From the NCBI RefSeq assembly GCF_000179635.2, contig NC_014833.1, forward strand, positions 240,001-272,000: a DNA stretch of 32,000 nucleotides. Direction: 5' to 3'. Positions 31,281 to 32,000 of this stretch are shown piece after piece. The notes beneath the pieces were generated by a model that saw only the letters and a list, made by a program, of their open reading frames with translations, did not search any database and was not told the origin of the DNA. The stretch is from Ruminococcus albus 7 = DSM 20455. Its GTDB lineage: Bacteria; Bacillota; Clostridia; Oscillospirales; Ruminococcaceae. Made by a program: the position numbers and the translations under genes. How positions within the stretch are numbered: position 1 is the stretch's first letter; each line of letters begins with the position of its first letter.

Positions 31281-32000
31281 ATGGGCGGATTTTTCGGCGC
31301 AGTGTCGGCAAACGACTGTATACAGGACGTTTTCTTCGGCACAGACTATCATTCTCATCTCGGCACCAGAAGAGGCGGTATGACCGCTTATGCACCCGAG
31401 ATAGGATTTCAGAGAAATATTCACAGCATAGAAAACTCACCTTTCAGAACAAAGTTCGAGAAGGATGTTGAAGCTATGCGCGGCAAGGTCTGTATCGGCT
31501 GCATAAGCGATACTGATCCTCAGCCTATAATGGTACGTTCCAAGATGGGACTCTATGCTGTCTGTTCCATAGGCGTTATACATAACGCCAAGGAGCTGAC
31601 TCAGGAGCTTTTACAGAACGGCTGTGCGAATTTTGAAACCATGAGCAGCGGCGCTATCAACTCTGCGGGGCTGATAGGTGCACTGATAGCTCAGAAAGAC
31701 AATTTCGTTGACGGTATACGCTATGCTCAGGAGAAGATACAGGGTACCATGTCACTGGTGCTTATGACAGAGGATTCTATCATATGCGCAAGGGACAAGG
31801 CAGGCAAGCTGCCTATAATCATAGGACAGAGGTCTGACGGCTACTGCTTCTCATTTGAGGATTTTGCTTATCAGAAACTTGGCTACAAGACTTGCCATGA
31901 GCTGAAGGCAGGCGAGATACTGAAGCTTACCAAGGACGGCTTTGAGGTTCTGTCCGAGGGTACAGACGATATGAGTATATGTACGTTCCTGTGGACTTAC
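31281..32000 (+). CDS. purF: amidophosphoribosyltransferase homologue lacking the N-terminal Cys nucleophile (5' part; continues past the window end)
   Basis: My hand translation from ATG 31281 stays open to the window end: MGGFFGAVSANDCIQDVFFGTDYHSHLGTRRGGM...VCSIGVIHNAKELTQEL...MSLVLMTEDSIICARDKAGKLPIIIG...MSICTFLWTY. By eye it is colinear with the PurF glutaminase domain and sits in the canonical purF operon position. Confidence 0.7.
   Translation, partial: MGGFFGAVSANDCIQDVFFGTDYHSHLGTRRGGMTAYAPEIGFQRNIHSIENSPFRTKFEKDVEAMRGKVCIGCISDTDPQPIMVRSKMGLYAVCSIGVIHNAKELTQELLQNGCANFETMSSGAINSAGLIGALIAQKDNFVDGIRYAQEKIQGTMSLVLMTEDSIICARDKAGKLPIIIGQRSDGYCFSFEDFAYQKLGYKTCHELKAGEILKLTKDGFEVLSEGTDDMSICTFLWTY

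Noticed and set aside
29406-31440. Minus-strand ORFs across purE, the HAD gene and purC (29406-29915, 29836-30504, 30528-31424)
   Set aside because: They are antisense shadows of well-supported pur operon genes. Their translations are low-complexity and Ser/Cys-rich.
1-32000. A search for mobile elements, prophage genes, CRISPR arrays, restriction-modification systems or known defence systems
   Set aside because: No transposase, integrase, recombinase, cas, methyltransferase-nuclease pair or phage structural ORF is present in any frame. The only foreign-looking DNA is the two small AT-rich orphan genes, which are reported as findings.

Overview
The window looks like a low-to-moderate GC Firmicutes chromosome, from a spore-forming clostridial lineage such as Oscillospiraceae/Ruminococcus. 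I infer this from spoVT, gpr and spoIIE, a cohesin-like wall-anchored protein, Gram-positive SD sequences, and many near-consensus sigma-A promoters with TG-extended -10 boxes. It is mostly housekeeping, with no transposase, integrase, phage, CRISPR or defence genes.

Gene order:
- Partial sugar ABC solute-binding lipoprotein (-), then about 0.9 kb with no convincing ORF.
- spoVT (+), trmO (-), an AT-rich orphan gene (-), DAHP synthase (-), a lipoprotein (-), a ScaE-like surface protein (-).
- Two tandem tRNA-Gln genes (-), mscL (+), alr (+), a GGDEF cyclase (-).
- hsp20 preceded by a CIRCE operator (+), gpr (-), rpsT (+).
- marR plus a heterodimeric ABC exporter (+), then a radical-SAM gene and thrB (-).
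- Glycogen operon glgB-glgC-glgD-[AT-rich orphan]-glgA (-), spoIIE (-), rsmA/ksgA (-).
- Start of a purine operon: purE, a HAD hydrolase, purC and a purF-like gene (+, runs off the window end).

Most interesting observations:
1. A consensus promoter, a 41-codon ORF with 7 Phe and 2 Tyr in 16 residues, and three hand-found mutually exclusive helices ending in a strong intrinsic terminator lie just upstream of DAHP synthase. This has the layout of a ribosome-mediated Phe/Tyr attenuator, which would be unusual for Firmicutes.
2. A promoter-to-terminator leader of about 220 nt lies upstream of purE, and I could not match it by eye to the purine, ZTP or PRPP riboswitch cores.
3. A GC-rich island with an SD-preceded 65-codon GTG ORF sits in the AT-rich ksgA/purE divergent spacer.
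4. The purF-position gene lacks the N-terminal Cys nucleophile (it starts MGGFFG).
5. Two AT-rich orphan genes are wedged into conserved housekeeping contexts.

All folding and family assignments were made by eye and need computational confirmation.
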